Source of the DNA: Fimbriimonadales bacterium
Lineage (GTDB): Bacteria; Armatimonadota; Fimbriimonadia; Fimbriimonadales; ATM1
Length of the DNA: 64,000 nucleotides
Reading direction: 5' to 3'
Assembly (NCBI GenBank): GCA_046330175.1
Contig: JAXLTG010000001.1
Span: forward strand, 723,599 to 787,598
A model generated the notes under the pieces. It made no database searches. It had not been told where the DNA came from and worked only from the letters and a program-made list of their open reading frames with translations. Below are positions 1 through 9,184 of the stretch, piece by piece (positions within the stretch are counted from its first letter, which is position 1; each line of letters opens with the position of its first letter). Both the position numbers and the translations under genes were made by a program.

Positions 1-266
1 ACCCCAGAAAGTACTGAGGGACCCCGCAAACGCGAAGGTCCCTCAACAGAAATCGTCTTAGGTTGCCATCCTCGGCCGGCTTTAGGGTTTAAGCCTCCTC
101 CAAGCGGAATCGGCGCCGACTGTCTGCGGAATTGTGCCGATTATGGCTCAAACGGGCCCCAGCCTGCAACCTGGTACGAACGCCCCGACACTTAAACATA
201 TAGCGGCGGTCTAACAGAACGAGCCCTGAAAACTGAACTCCCAGGGCCAAAAGCAGGTACTAAAGA

Positions 267-1157
267 ATGCACAGCGAAAAAGACATTTGGGACGAGATCG
301 AACAGGTTTGCCCCCCAGACAGCTTAGACGACGAAATGTTTGAGCTCATCTCGGCCTACGCAGACGGCGAATGCTCTCCAAAAGAGCGCCGACTCGTCGA
401 GGCCTACTTGGCCGAGAACCCGGCCGCCGAGCAGATTCTCAGCGAAATCCGCATCCAGTCGAGTGTCATGCTCCACCAGGCCGAGCCGCCAAGTTGGCTA
501 AAAGAGGAAATCCTCAAGCAAACTATTGGGGTTTCGAAGCCAAAGGCGCTTCCGACGCTCCGTTGGGCCATTCCAGCCCTTGCGGCCGCGGCTATTGCCG
601 GAATCTGGCTCTATCCACGCACCAACACAAACCAACCCGGACCAACCGGCGCAGACCTGCTCGCCGTGACCCCTGGGAAGCCTTCTAACTCCTCGGAACC
701 TGGGCAACAGCCGAATTCACGTCGAGGCGTGGTGCCAGATTCGCATAACTACGCTTCAAACGAGCCAATCACGCCACAGGTCCGTACGGCGGGACGATCC
801 GAAGGGCCGACCGTGCTGAACGCCTCGAAAGAGGTTCCAGAGCTTGTTGGAGGCGCGCCACCGAAGGCTGACCTGAAGCCAAGCGGCAGCGCCGGTGGAT
901 CGGGGTCCACAACCCCATCCGAGACCAAGGAGAAGAAGCCAATCGTGATGCCGACTGTCGAGGTGCCAACTGCCGATCCTGCAAGGCCGGATCTGGTTGC
1001 CGTCTCGACGGACGACCAATCGGGCGACACTCTGACCGCAGAGAAGAAACCGAAGTCGGACGAATCGGCCGAGTCGAGAGAGGCATTGAGACAAGCTCTA
1101 AGAGAGCATAACACAAACAAAACCGATATCAAAGAGGGAGCTAAGGGCCTGAAATAG
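267..1157 (+). CDS. Putative anti-sigma factor. The N-terminal region resembles zf-HC2/RsdA-like sigma-binding segments. One transmembrane helix is followed by a Pro/Ser/Thr-rich C-terminal tail.
   Basis: ORF of 296 aa. N-terminal motif ELISAYADGEC...RRLVEAYLAENP is typical of anti-sigma N-domains. Hydrophobic segment LPTLRWAIPALAAAAIAGIWLY. Low-complexity Pro-rich C-terminal half. Confidence 0.55.
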   Translation: MHSEKDIWDEIEQVCPPDSLDDEMFELISAYADGECSPKERRLVEAYLAENPAAEQILSEIRIQSSVMLHQAEPPSWLKEEILKQTIGVSKPKALPTLRWAIPALAAAAIAGIWLYPRTNTNQPGPTGADLLAVTPGKPSNSSEPGQQPNSRRGVVPDSHNYASNEPITPQVRTAGRSEGPTVLNASKEVPELVGGAPPKADLKPSGSAGGSGSTTPSETKEKKPIVMPTVEVPTADPARPDLVAVSTDDQSGDTLTAEKKPKSDESAESREALRQALREHNTNKTDIKEGAKGLK

Positions 1158-1177
1158 GGCAATTCTGATCGCCTGGC

Positions 1178-4100
1178 ATGCGCTATCGTAAGCTGGTTTT
1201 TGTAACCGTATCTGGTGCAGGCTGTTTGCCACTTATGGCATACGGCCAAGACATCTTTGGCGGGTCCCAAAAGGTCGAAGGCGCGCAAAGCGCGCAACTC
1301 GGCGGCCAGATGGCGGTAGATGTCATGCCGGGCTTCAGAACCGGGATTGGATATCCCTTGCGATACGCCGGAGTCATGAGGGGAAGCGTTCGTGTCGAAG
1401 TTGACGGAGCTCCTCTTGTCGAAGGCCGCGATTACACGATAGATTACGCCGGAGGTGTTGTCTACATCTCTGCAAAAGTTAGAAGCGAGCAAGCGATTAG
1501 AGTCGCGTATCGCCATGATCCAAAAGCGGCACAAAACCAGACAGGCGGTGGAGCGCTTCCACTTCTAAGCCTTAATTTCGGCGCAGTTGGCGACATTCAA
1601 ATGCTTCTGGGAATGAATGGCGTGAACCGCATGACGGACGGCTCACTCATGCAATCTCAAATGGCCGGAATGAAGAACTCATTCAACTTCGCCGGCGGGA
1701 GTTTGAACGGTGTGCTTTTGGTGTCTAGCCAATCGAAGTCCACCGTTCGCGCAGATTCATCTTCACCGGATCAAAACGCATCGAAGCAGGGCGTGGAAGG
1801 CACCGATCGGCTGATACTCCAAAGCTATGAAGATTCGGTCGGCGACTTCAAACTGAAACTCGATTACCAAGACGTAGGGAAGCGATTCGCAGGATTTGGA
1901 ATGCTGCAATCAGCGGGCTACAACGCCGCGACCGCAACTCAGCTTGAAAAAGAGAAAGGGCTGCAGCGGTTTGGTCTCGGCATGTCTGCGGGTAATGACA
2001 AAACCCTGTCGGTCTCAAACAGCTTCAAGGCTATTCAGGACGGCGACTCAAAGATTGAGTGGATGGGTTACAACATGAAGTCGAGCTTCTTCGACGCTTA
2101 CTTCAGTTCGCGAACAATTGACAAAGATTTCACGCGGTTCAGAGATATCGCAGAGGGTGATCGTGACCAGCTTTCAAAAGAAAAGGGAATAGATCGCCAG
2201 ACCATGGGCGGCGCAATGCGTTTCGCACAAGGCATGAGCCTGAAATTCGACCAGACCAAAATCGGCGACGCGAACGGCGATCTGGTGTTCAAGTCGCTGC
2301 AATATGCTTCGCCGTTCCTCAATATCGGATACTTGGATCAGTCATTTGGGAACGGCTTCGGGCGCGCCCGCGACCTCGTTGAAAACGAACGCGAGATTTG
2401 GGCGCGCCAACGCGGATTTGAGCGCAAGGACTTCACTGTTTCAACGCCGGAAAAGTTCAAAGGTCCGGCGCTGTCGTTCTCCACGCGAGAGGTAGCGGAT
2501 CGCAATAAAGACTTCTCTTCGAGCGCATTCAGCGTTTCACATGCGGGACACGCTTTCGAGTATTGGAATCGAGAATCGGAGAAGGGGTTCGGTCGTCTTG
2601 GAGACCTGCCACCGGGTGAGATTGACTCGATGATCGTGCAGACGCTGAAGGCTTACGACCCAAACGCAGGGCTCAATCCAAACGACCGAGGCGCATTCCC
2701 GCGGCAGGGCGGACTCAACCGCGAGTTCTTCCGTTACACGGGGACACCCGCGAAAGGATGGGGAATTCGGTTCGACCAGACTTCGATCTCAGAAGGCACG
2801 AACGGGATTGACCGAACGACGTTATCCCTGAATTCAAGTCTTTTCAACTTCAACTACCGCGGAATGGATTACGACGCTCAGTTCGGACGCGCAGGCGATT
2901 TGATGGAGATGGAGCGCAACTTGTTTGGCCAACAGATCGGGTTCAAGCGCAGCGATTGGTCGTTCGACACCAAACTTGGCAAAACCGGATCTATGGCGTT
3001 TTCAAATCTGGATGTTGATTCGGCACAAGGCGGCGCAAACCGATTCACCGGCCAGTACATCTCTCCGCAAGCCGAAATTCGCGCCGCGTTCCGATCTGTT
3101 GACAGTACGTTCTCAAGAGCAGGAAGCGTTGTGGATCCCGAGGCGGCCGTTTTCGGAGCGCTCGTGGGTTACAACCAACATGACGTTAGCTTCAAACTCA
3201 ACTCGATAAAGAATCTCAAGTTTGAAGGATTGGTTTACGGGTCCGATAACAAATCGAGAGGAGAGGGCAGGGACCGCGACCGGATCGCGATGAGCTACGA
3301 TTTCAACAAGAAGACAAACCTCTCGGTGACGAGTGACAGGCAGCATTTCGATGGTCGAAACGGTGCGATTTACCACAACGATTTCCTGTCCACTCAGTTG
3401 TTCCAAGACCTTGGTAAATACGGCAAGCTGACGCTTCGTAACGAAACCGAGGAGATTCTCGGCTCAAGCGCGGATCGACCGAGTCGAGACACTCAATATC
3501 TGAAGTATGAAAGTCAGATTTCGAAATCGTTGGGTATCGGTACGGAGCAGGCTCGAACCCAATTCGCCGATGGCGGTTTTGAAAACGTTCAGATTTACAA
3601 AGCCGACTGGAAGGTCACACCGAAGCTCACCATCACCGGCTCGGATATTTTGATTGATCGCGACGGAACCAAGCCGGATATGAACACGTACGCATACGGC
3701 TTCTCCTACGACTTTGGAAACAACCTGAAAATCGGCTACACACACTGGCGGGAGCTAAATTCTGTCGGGCTCGGCAAGCGCAATATCCGATGGGACGTAA
3801 GCAACGGTGACTACTACGGTTTTGATTTCGGTGGATTTTACGACGAGAAGCGGATAGACAACACGCGCACGACGTCGCTTGGTAATTTTCACATCGCCAA
3901 CAAGAAACCGTTCGACTTTGGCCCGCTGAGTGGCATCATGGTCAAGCTGGGACTCGACGCACAGTCAGACAATCAGGTCATCCAGAAAGAGAACAAGCTC
4001 GCCGACTTCTCAGCCAAACTTTTCGGCGCGGAGATCGGAGCGAGCTATGCCCACGTCATACTCGCCGGAGAGCATATCGGTGCCGACCGCATCTTCAGAG

Positions 4101-4663
4101 TTAACCTCGACCCAACCGGCAAGAAGCCGTTCCAGGCGAAAATGCAGTACAAGGTTCGTACGCTGCCCGGCGACAAAAACTTCGTCATTCGAAATTATGA
4201 TTTGGGATACAAAATTGCGAACAACGTAAGCTTAACGCACCAAGCAACGACCCTGCCGGAACAGGCTAATGGAGGAGTCCCGTTAGGCTCTCAACTTCTC
4301 CCGACCGGCACAACAAACTGGCAGCTTGATTACAAAGCGAACAAGGGCACGGGTGTGCAGTTTGCATTCAGCGAACTGTTCAATTGGCAGCAGCGAACGT
4401 TGGCGCGAAAACTCGAAGCCGGTATATCGCTCTTCGCGGATTCGGGCAGTCCGCTCAGACTCAAGTACGGAATTGAGAACGCGGAGCCCGCACCCGGACA
4501 GCGAAGAACCAGAACGGTCTACGAGATAAGTTTCGATCAGCGACCCGGCCCAAACCAAGTGCTAAGCTTCGCAATCGGCACGGTCAACTGGAGCGACCTC
4601 CTTCCGACAACCGGGCCGGCGACAAACATCACTCTGCGAGTGGACTATCAGTTGAAGTTCTGA
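1178..4663 (+). CDS. Large secreted protein of 1161 aa, a putative outer-membrane beta-barrel. It has a signal peptide and a C-terminal ...YQLKF ending in an aromatic residue.
   Basis: Long ORF starting 21 nt after the anti-sigma stop. N-terminal signal-like MRYRKLVFVTVSGAGCLPLMAYGQ. Composition rich in G/Y/F/N/D/S with alternating pattern. Terminal Phe. No Walker or TonB-box motifs seen. Confidence 0.5.
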   Translation: MRYRKLVFVTVSGAGCLPLMAYGQDIFGGSQKVEGAQSAQLGGQMAVDVMPGFRTGIGYPLRYAGVMRGSVRVEVDGAPLVEGRDYTIDYAGGVVYISAKVRSEQAIRVAYRHDPKAAQNQTGGGALPLLSLNFGAVGDIQMLLGMNGVNRMTDGSLMQSQMAGMKNSFNFAGGSLNGVLLVSSQSKSTVRADSSSPDQNASKQGVEGTDRLILQSYEDSVGDFKLKLDYQDVGKRFAGFGMLQSAGYNAATATQLEKEKGLQRFGLGMSAGNDKTLSVSNSFKAIQDGDSKIEWMGYNMKSSFFDAYFSSRTIDKDFTRFRDIAEGDRDQLSKEKGIDRQTMGGAMRFAQGMSLKFDQTKIGDANGDLVFKSLQYASPFLNIGYLDQSFGNGFGRARDLVENEREIWARQRGFERKDFTVSTPEKFKGPALSFSTREVADRNKDFSSSAFSVSHAGHAFEYWNRESEKGFGRLGDLPPGEIDSMIVQTLKAYDPNAGLNPNDRGAFPRQGGLNREFFRYTGTPAKGWGIRFDQTSISEGTNGIDRTTLSLNSSLFNFNYRGMDYDAQFGRAGDLMEMERNLFGQQIGFKRSDWSFDTKLGKTGSMAFSNLDVDSAQGGANRFTGQYISPQAEIRAAFRSVDSTFSRAGSVVDPEAAVFGALVGYNQHDVSFKLNSIKNLKFEGLVYGSDNKSRGEGRDRDRIAMSYDFNKKTNLSVTSDRQHFDGRNGAIYHNDFLSTQLFQDLGKYGKLTLRNETEEILGSSADRPSRDTQYLKYESQISKSLGIGTEQARTQFADGGFENVQIYKADWKVTPKLTITGSDILIDRDGTKPDMNTYAYGFSYDFGNNLKIGYTHWRELNSVGLGKRNIRWDVSNGDYYGFDFGGFYDEKRIDNTRTTSLGNFHIANKKPFDFGPLSGIMVKLGLDAQSDNQVIQKENKLADFSAKLFGAEIGASYAHVILAGEHIGADRIFRVNLDPTGKKPFQAKMQYKVRTLPGDKNFVIRNYDLGYKIANNVSLTHQATTLPEQANGGVPLGSQLLPTGTTNWQLDYKANKGTGVQFAFSELFNWQQRTLARKLEAGISLFADSGSPLRLKYGIENAEPAPGQRRTRTVYEISFDQRPGPNQVLSFAIGTVNWSDLLPTTGPATNITLRVDYQLKF

Positions 4664-4699
4664 CCGTGATACACTTCGCGCACGTCGCGAGGTAACCGG

Positions 4700-6016
4700 T
4701 TGAAACATCTTTGGCTAAAGCTCACAAAAACCGACCTTGAGATCGAACTGCTTCAGTCAGAGCAGGAGGGAAGAGATGTGTCTGCGCTGCGTGCTAGGGT
4801 CGCCGCGCTCGACGAAACAGATCCAAGCTTTCAAGCCGCCGCCGACGGCTTGTATGCTCAATTCGCATCCTGCCCACGTCAGCAAGAATACGAATTCGAA
4901 GAGCCTTCAGGTTGGGATGAAATTCTTGCGACAGTCGTGACATCGCCGCAGCAACTCGCGGTCACTGGCGATTTAGAAGACAGAATCTATGGCGGCTGGC
5001 TCGGGCGGTGCGCGGGGTGTCTGCTCGGAAAGCCGATCGAAGGGTGGCATCGCACAAGGCTTCATTCGTACCTCAAAGCTTCAAAGCAGTTTCCGCTCAA
5101 CGACTACATCTCAATTGCGGCCGACCAACAAACGCTGCAAAACCATCAGGTTGACACGGAGCAACCGTTCAAAGAAAACGTTAACTGCATGGTCGAAGAT
5201 GACGACATCAACTACACGGTTACCGGGCTCGGCGTTATCGAAAGGTACGGACGCGAATTCAGCGCAAGCGACGTGTCCGAATTCTGGTTGGACTCGATTC
5301 CGATACTGAGAACTTGCACTGCAGAAAGAGTGGCGTACCGAAACGTAATGCTCGGTATTGCTCCACCTGATAGCGCGACGCATCGCAACCCGTATCGTGA
5401 GTGGATTGGCGCGCAAATACGCGCCGATTTCTGGGGATACATCAACCCTGGCGACCCGATGGCTGCGGCGGAGATGGCGTTTCGCGACGCTTCGGTTTCG
5501 CACATCAAGAACGGAATCTACGGAGAAATGTGGGCGGCCGCGATGGTCGCTCAAGCGTTCGCTGCAAATGACGCGCGCGAGTGCGTGACTGTTGCACTAA
5601 AATCGCTGCCGCCAAACTCGCGGCTTGCTCAAAGAATAAACCACCACCTGAAGTTTCACGATGACGGAGGGACGGTGGAGCAAGCCGTGAACGACATTCA
5701 CAGCTATTGGAACGAAGCGAACCCACACGATTGGTGCCACACTATCTCAAACGCGGAGGTTGTGGCTGTCGGATTGCTGTATGGCGAAAACGAGTTCGAG
5801 AAGTCCATCTGTATCGCAGTGGATGCCTGCTTCGACACGGATTGCAACGGTGCGACGGTCGGTTCGGTGCTGGGTGCCATGATTGGTTCGAAAGGTTTGC
5901 CGAAACGCTGGACTGGCATCCTCAACGACACGGTTCAAACTGGGGTCAGAGGTTTCGGGGAAGAGAGAATCTCAAAGCTCGCAGCGCGAACAGCCATGCT
6001 CGCAAAAAAAGAATGA
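4700..6016 (+). CDS. ADP-ribosylglycohydrolase family protein (DraG/ARH-like) with an N-terminal extension of about 90 aa.
   Basis: Motifs DRIYGGWLGRCAGCLLGKPIEGW (N-terminal Mg site region), DDDINYT, and C-terminal CFDTDCNGATVGSVLGAMIG typical of ARH fold. TTG start at 4700 is assumed, so the true start is uncertain. Confidence 0.7.
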   Translation: MKHLWLKLTKTDLEIELLQSEQEGRDVSALRARVAALDETDPSFQAAADGLYAQFASCPRQQEYEFEEPSGWDEILATVVTSPQQLAVTGDLEDRIYGGWLGRCAGCLLGKPIEGWHRTRLHSYLKASKQFPLNDYISIAADQQTLQNHQVDTEQPFKENVNCMVEDDDINYTVTGLGVIERYGREFSASDVSEFWLDSIPILRTCTAERVAYRNVMLGIAPPDSATHRNPYREWIGAQIRADFWGYINPGDPMAAAEMAFRDASVSHIKNGIYGEMWAAAMVAQAFAANDARECVTVALKSLPPNSRLAQRINHHLKFHDDGGTVEQAVNDIHSYWNEANPHDWCHTISNAEVVAVGLLYGENEFEKSICIAVDACFDTDCNGATVGSVLGAMIGSKGLPKRWTGILNDTVQTGVRGFGEERISKLAARTAMLAKKE

Positions 6017-6037
6017 GGCCCGATTGCTCGGGCCTCA
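6004..6037 (-). terminator. Rho-independent terminator for flagellin 1. A 9-bp GC stem (TGAGGCCCG/CGGGCCTCA) is followed on the minus strand by TTCTTTTTTT.
   Basis: Hairpin at 6014-6037. The run of A at 6004-6013 on the plus strand is a T-run on the minus strand. Sits immediately 3' of the fliC stop at 6062 and overlaps the stop of the convergent ARH gene. Confidence 0.6.
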
Positions 6038-6061
6038 TTACGCGCTGTCGCTCCGAGTAGA

Positions 6062-7501
6062 TTACTGGAGGAGCGAGAGCACGGACTGAGTGGAAGCGTT
6101 GGCCTGAGCCAAGATCGCGATGCCGGCCTGTGACAGGATCTGCAGCTTCGTGAAGTTGGTCATTTCTGCAGCCACGTCCAAGTCGCGGATGGTGCTTTCC
6201 GATGCAACCAGGTTCTCTCGAGCAACGCCGAGGCTTCGGACGTTAGATTCGAGAATGTTGCGTTGGAAGTTACCGATGCCGCCTCGCATTGAGGTGACCT
6301 GGCTAATCGCTGCGTCAATGATCTTCATGCCGTCGCTGACGCCCTGTGCAGTCGTGATGTCCACGCTTGCGAGGCTCGACGAGCCGACAACGCCTGTACC
6401 GAGCTGAGTCGTTGCAACGTTCGACAGCGAGAGGCTCGCGGTCTGTCCGGCGTTTGCGCCGAGCTGGAACGATGCAGAACCGGCTTGGATTCGGCCAACC
6501 GCAGCAGCGGCTGCGACGGCGTTACCGTCTTCGGTCAAGAGGACCGCGTTGCCGTATGCGTCGGTGAGTCGAAGACCTTCGTCGCCGTTTCGGCCGCCAG
6601 TGAACGTCGCAGAAGTTGCGCCGTTAGCGGTGGTGACAGAGACGGTTGCGATGGCGTTGCTGCCAGCGTCGTTCGCGAAACCAGCGGCATTCAGGATGCC
6701 GGCGTGGTCCGTGAAGTTAATCTGGAAGTTAGCGCCGTACTTGTTGTGCTCGAGAACAACGTTGGTTCCGTCGAACTGGAAGGTGACTCCAGTCTGACCA
6801 GAAGCGTTGTTGAGTCGAGAGAGCAAGCCGCCGAGAGTTTCGGTGCCGTCGGTGCTGAACGAGGTGCCGTTCACGATGAACGAACCCGCGCCAAGAACCG
6901 TGGCGAGGCCGTTTGCAGAGAGGTCAACCGAGCCGGTGATGACCGCTTTCGAAGCGGCGGTCGTAACCTGAACGGTGACGTTGCCGTTGGCGTTCACGGC
7001 GTATCCGCCGAAAGTGCCGCCCACGTTGATCGCAGCGTAGTTAGCTGCGTCGGTAACGGTCGAAACGATGCCCGCAGAACCGTCAAGAAGCTTCTTGTTG
7101 CCGAACTGAGTTTGGCTGGCGATTCGGTCAAGCGATGTAAGAATTGACTGAATCTGGTTCTGGTTAGCTTGGATGGCGTTTGAGTCGAGTGAGCCGCTGT
7201 TGCCTGAAGCGACCGCGAGTTTTCGCATGTCGTTGAGCAGCTTGCTAACTTCGTCAAGGGCGCCTTCAGCGGTCTTCGCATAGTTCACAGCGTCTTGGCT
7301 GTTTTGAATTGCCTGCTCCATACCACCGATCTGAGCTCGGAAGTTTTCCGAAATGATGAGGCCCGCCGGGTCGTCGGCTGCGTTAGTAATGCGCAAACCG
7401 GTCGAGAGGCGAGTCGCTGATTTCGAGAATTCGCCGCGCGTCGAGTTCAAGTTGCGAAGCGCGTTAATGCTCGAAAGGTTTGTGTTAATCCTGAATGACA
7501 T
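6062..7501 (-). CDS. fliC: Flagellin (FliC family), 479 aa, with a long variable central domain.
   Basis: N-terminus MSFRINTNLSSINALRNLN...LSTGLRITNAADDPAGL and C-terminus ...FTKLQILSQAGIAILAQANASTQSVLSLLQ are canonical D0/D1 flagellin segments. SD GGAGGAG lies 7 nt upstream of the ATG (7499-7501). Confidence 0.95.
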   Translation of the reverse strand: MSFRINTNLSSINALRNLNSTRGEFSKSATRLSTGLRITNAADDPAGLIISENFRAQIGGMEQAIQNSQDAVNYAKTAEGALDEVSKLLNDMRKLAVASGNSGSLDSNAIQANQNQIQSILTSLDRIASQTQFGNKKLLDGSAGIVSTVTDAANYAAINVGGTFGGYAVNANGNVTVQVTTAASKAVITGSVDLSANGLATVLGAGSFIVNGTSFSTDGTETLGGLLSRLNNASGQTGVTFQFDGTNVVLEHNKYGANFQINFTDHAGILNAAGFANDAGSNAIATVSVTTANGATSATFTGGRNGDEGLRLTDAYGNAVLLTEDGNAVAAAAAVGRIQAGSASFQLGANAGQTASLSLSNVATTQLGTGVVGSSSLASVDITTAQGVSDGMKIIDAAISQVTSMRGGIGNFQRNILESNVRSLGVARENLVASESTIRDLDVAAEMTNFTKLQILSQAGIAILAQANASTQSVLSLLQ

Positions 7502-7728
7502 TTAGTCTCCTCCATGAATGAGTCCCGTGTCCGGGATTTGATACTGCTTTTCTGCCTGCTGCTGCCGTCCGGGGCTTAGAGGCCGGTGCGCGAAGGCCAA
7601 ATCCTTGGTCTTATGCGCCCACGCAGTTTGTTCCGCCCGGTTTGCGGTCGAAAGGACAGGAAAAATACGGGGTACATAAAGAGCCGGCACATCTGCGGGC
7701 TGGTGAATCTGCCAGATACAATCGCACA

Positions 7729-8025
7729 ATGACCATCGAGTTCAGTGGGAGCATCTGGTACTGGAGGGGGCCGGCGCCGCACTACTTCGTCAGCGTTCCC
7801 GAGTCGGAGGCGGAGGAGCTGAAGGAGATTCTGAAGTCGGTCAGCTACGGCTGGGGCATGATCCCGGTGCGCGCGACCATCCGCGGTATCACGTTTGAAA
7901 CCTCGCTGTTCCCGAAAGATGGCGCGTACATCGTTCCTATTAAGATGAGTGTGCGAAAGCCGCTGGGGTTGGATGAGGGGGACGAGGTGGATATTCTGCT
8001 TGAGGTGATTTTCGCCGAGGGGTAG
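7729..8025 (+). CDS. DUF1905 domain protein.
   Basis: MTIEFSGSIWYWRGPAPHYFVSVPE...GWGMIPVRATIRGITFETSLFPKDGAYIVPIK matches the DUF1905 pattern. The longer ORF from 7642 is judged an N-terminal over-extension. Confidence 0.55.
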   Translation: MTIEFSGSIWYWRGPAPHYFVSVPESEAEELKEILKSVSYGWGMIPVRATIRGITFETSLFPKDGAYIVPIKMSVRKPLGLDEGDEVDILLEVIFAEG

Positions 8026-8183
8026 TTCACCGTATGAGATCCGCGGCAAATTATTGTTAGCACTAACGGCTGGACGGGCGTAGCGCAATCGAATCAGTTT
8101 CTGCGAGTTGTGAGTGTTGGCGCAGTTTAGTTCTACGACTATGCGAGAGAGGACACGCGGGGCGAAAGGTAATGAGAAAATTA

Positions 8184-8266
8184 TGCTCACCCTTTAGGGG
8201 GAGCCGCCGGAGCGAAGCGACGGCTGAGGGGGTAGAATCGGTCGTCACCTGTCTTCGAATCTGCGC
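8184..8266. repeat. Repeat family R1, copy a (about 83 bp).
   Basis: Direct sequence match to 8788-8913 apart from an insertion of about 44 bp in the latter. Begins with an imperfect hairpin GCTCACCC-TTTA-GGGGGAGC. Confidence 0.7.
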
Positions 8267-8661
8267 ACTACAACTCGCGTTTTGCACAATTCGTAGATCG
8301 CCCCCACAATTCCATCCAGATTTGTTTCGATCTCGCACGCGTGAACGCGCAGCGTCAAGATCCGTTTGTCGCTCAAATAACCGTCCCGCTTGGCGTCGCG
8401 CTCAACTCTGTCGTCGTGAAAGCGGCTGTCAATTTCTACGCAGAGTTTTGCTCGTGCACAATAGAAGTCCAAAACATACGGACCGAGCGGGAACTGACGC
8501 CGAAAACGATATCCAGTCGCGTCACCTTTGAGACACGACCAGAGGATCGCCTCTGGCTCTGAGAGGTTCTTGCGAGCCAATTTCGCTCGGCGGAGCGCGC
8601 TCTGATTTCGATTTTGGTGGAGCATCTGGGAAGTGTTGTCAATTGTAGTCCACCCCCTCAC
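8245..8661 (-). CDS. DUF559 domain endonuclease (Vsr-like fold).
   Basis: LRRAKLARKNLSEPEAILWSCLKG...RFRRQFPLGPYVLDFYCARAKLCVEIDSRFHDDRVERDAKRDGYLSDKRILTLRV matches the DUF559 signature. Start is GTG at 8661 or ATG at 8625. Confidence 0.7.
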   Translation of the reverse strand: MRGWTTIDNTSQMLHQNRNQSALRRAKLARKNLSEPEAILWSCLKGDATGYRFRRQFPLGPYVLDFYCARAKLCVEIDSRFHDDRVERDAKRDGYLSDKRILTLRVHACEIETNLDGIVGAIYELCKTRVVVRRFEDR

Positions 8662-8787
8662 CGTTCGTCCCGACTACCGTCGAAACTCACGGGGCTCCCC
8701 CTAAAGTGGGAGCAGGTTTTTGCTAAGCTGCGTGTTTTCCCGTTCTACTTACGTGCCTACTCATTGAGAATAGTGACCAGAAGAGTC

Positions 8788-8913
8788 TGCTCCCCCTTCA
8801 GGGGGAGCCGCCGGAGCGGAGTCGCAGACCCCGCCGAAGGGAAATGAACGGAGTGAATCGGGGCGACGGCTGAGGGGGTGGAATCGAGTCGTCACTTGTC
8901 TTCGAATCTCCGC
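8788..8913. repeat. Repeat family R1, copy b (126 bp). It begins with a perfect 8-bp hairpin GCTCCCCC-TTCA-GGGGGAGC and carries an insertion of about 44 bp relative to copy a.
   Basis: Alignment by eye with 8184-8266. Shared blocks are GGGGGAGCCGCCGGAGCG and GACGGCTGAGGGGGT.GAATCG.GTCGTCAC.TGTCTTCGAATCT. Confidence 0.7.
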
Positions 8914-9184
8914 GGAAGCTTCGCGGTCAATTTCAACGGAAGCACCTTGACGCAGAACCGTACGGTGTGCATAATGCGAAGAATGAGTGAGAGATTTATC
9001 GTGCCGCGCTCGTCCTCGCCGCGAGTCACCGGACAACCGGAGACTCGCGAGTATCGGTGTCAGGGAATGGAAGCCAACGCACGGGTCGGCAACCTAAGCG
9101 CAACCGTCTCGGCGGTAACCACACCGTGAGGGATGAGGGGTAGACCAATCCTCTATCTGCCGCCCCGTGCGGGAGGAACACTAG

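Larger units (their letters stand above)
8184..8716. mobile_element. MITE-like unit. A DUF559 endonuclease ORF is bracketed by a forward copy of repeat R1 (8184-8266) and a diverged inverted copy of R1 (8651-8716).
   Basis: Left arm is TGCTCACCCTTTAGGGGGAGCC...GACGGCTGAGGGGGTAGAATCGGTCGTCAC. The right arm reads as its reverse complement (CACCCCCTCACCGTTCGTC...GGCTCCCCCTAAAGTGGGAGCA). Arms overlap both ends of the ORF. Confidence 0.3.

Noticed and set aside
6120-7147. Plus-strand ORFs antisense to flagellin 1, of 95 to 220 aa
   Set aside because: They lie entirely inside a very well supported flagellin CDS. They are typical stop-poor antisense frames in GC-rich DNA, with no RBS or domain signatures.
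7502-7728. Sigma-28 (FliA) promoter upstream of flagellin 1
   Set aside because: No convincing TAAA-N15-GCCGATAA match was found by eye in the 227-nt divergent region. A computational promoter scan is needed before making a call.
7576-8190. A 204-aa minus-strand ORF overlapping the DUF1905 gene
   Set aside because: No domain and odd composition. It overlaps a better-supported gene and the R1 repeat.
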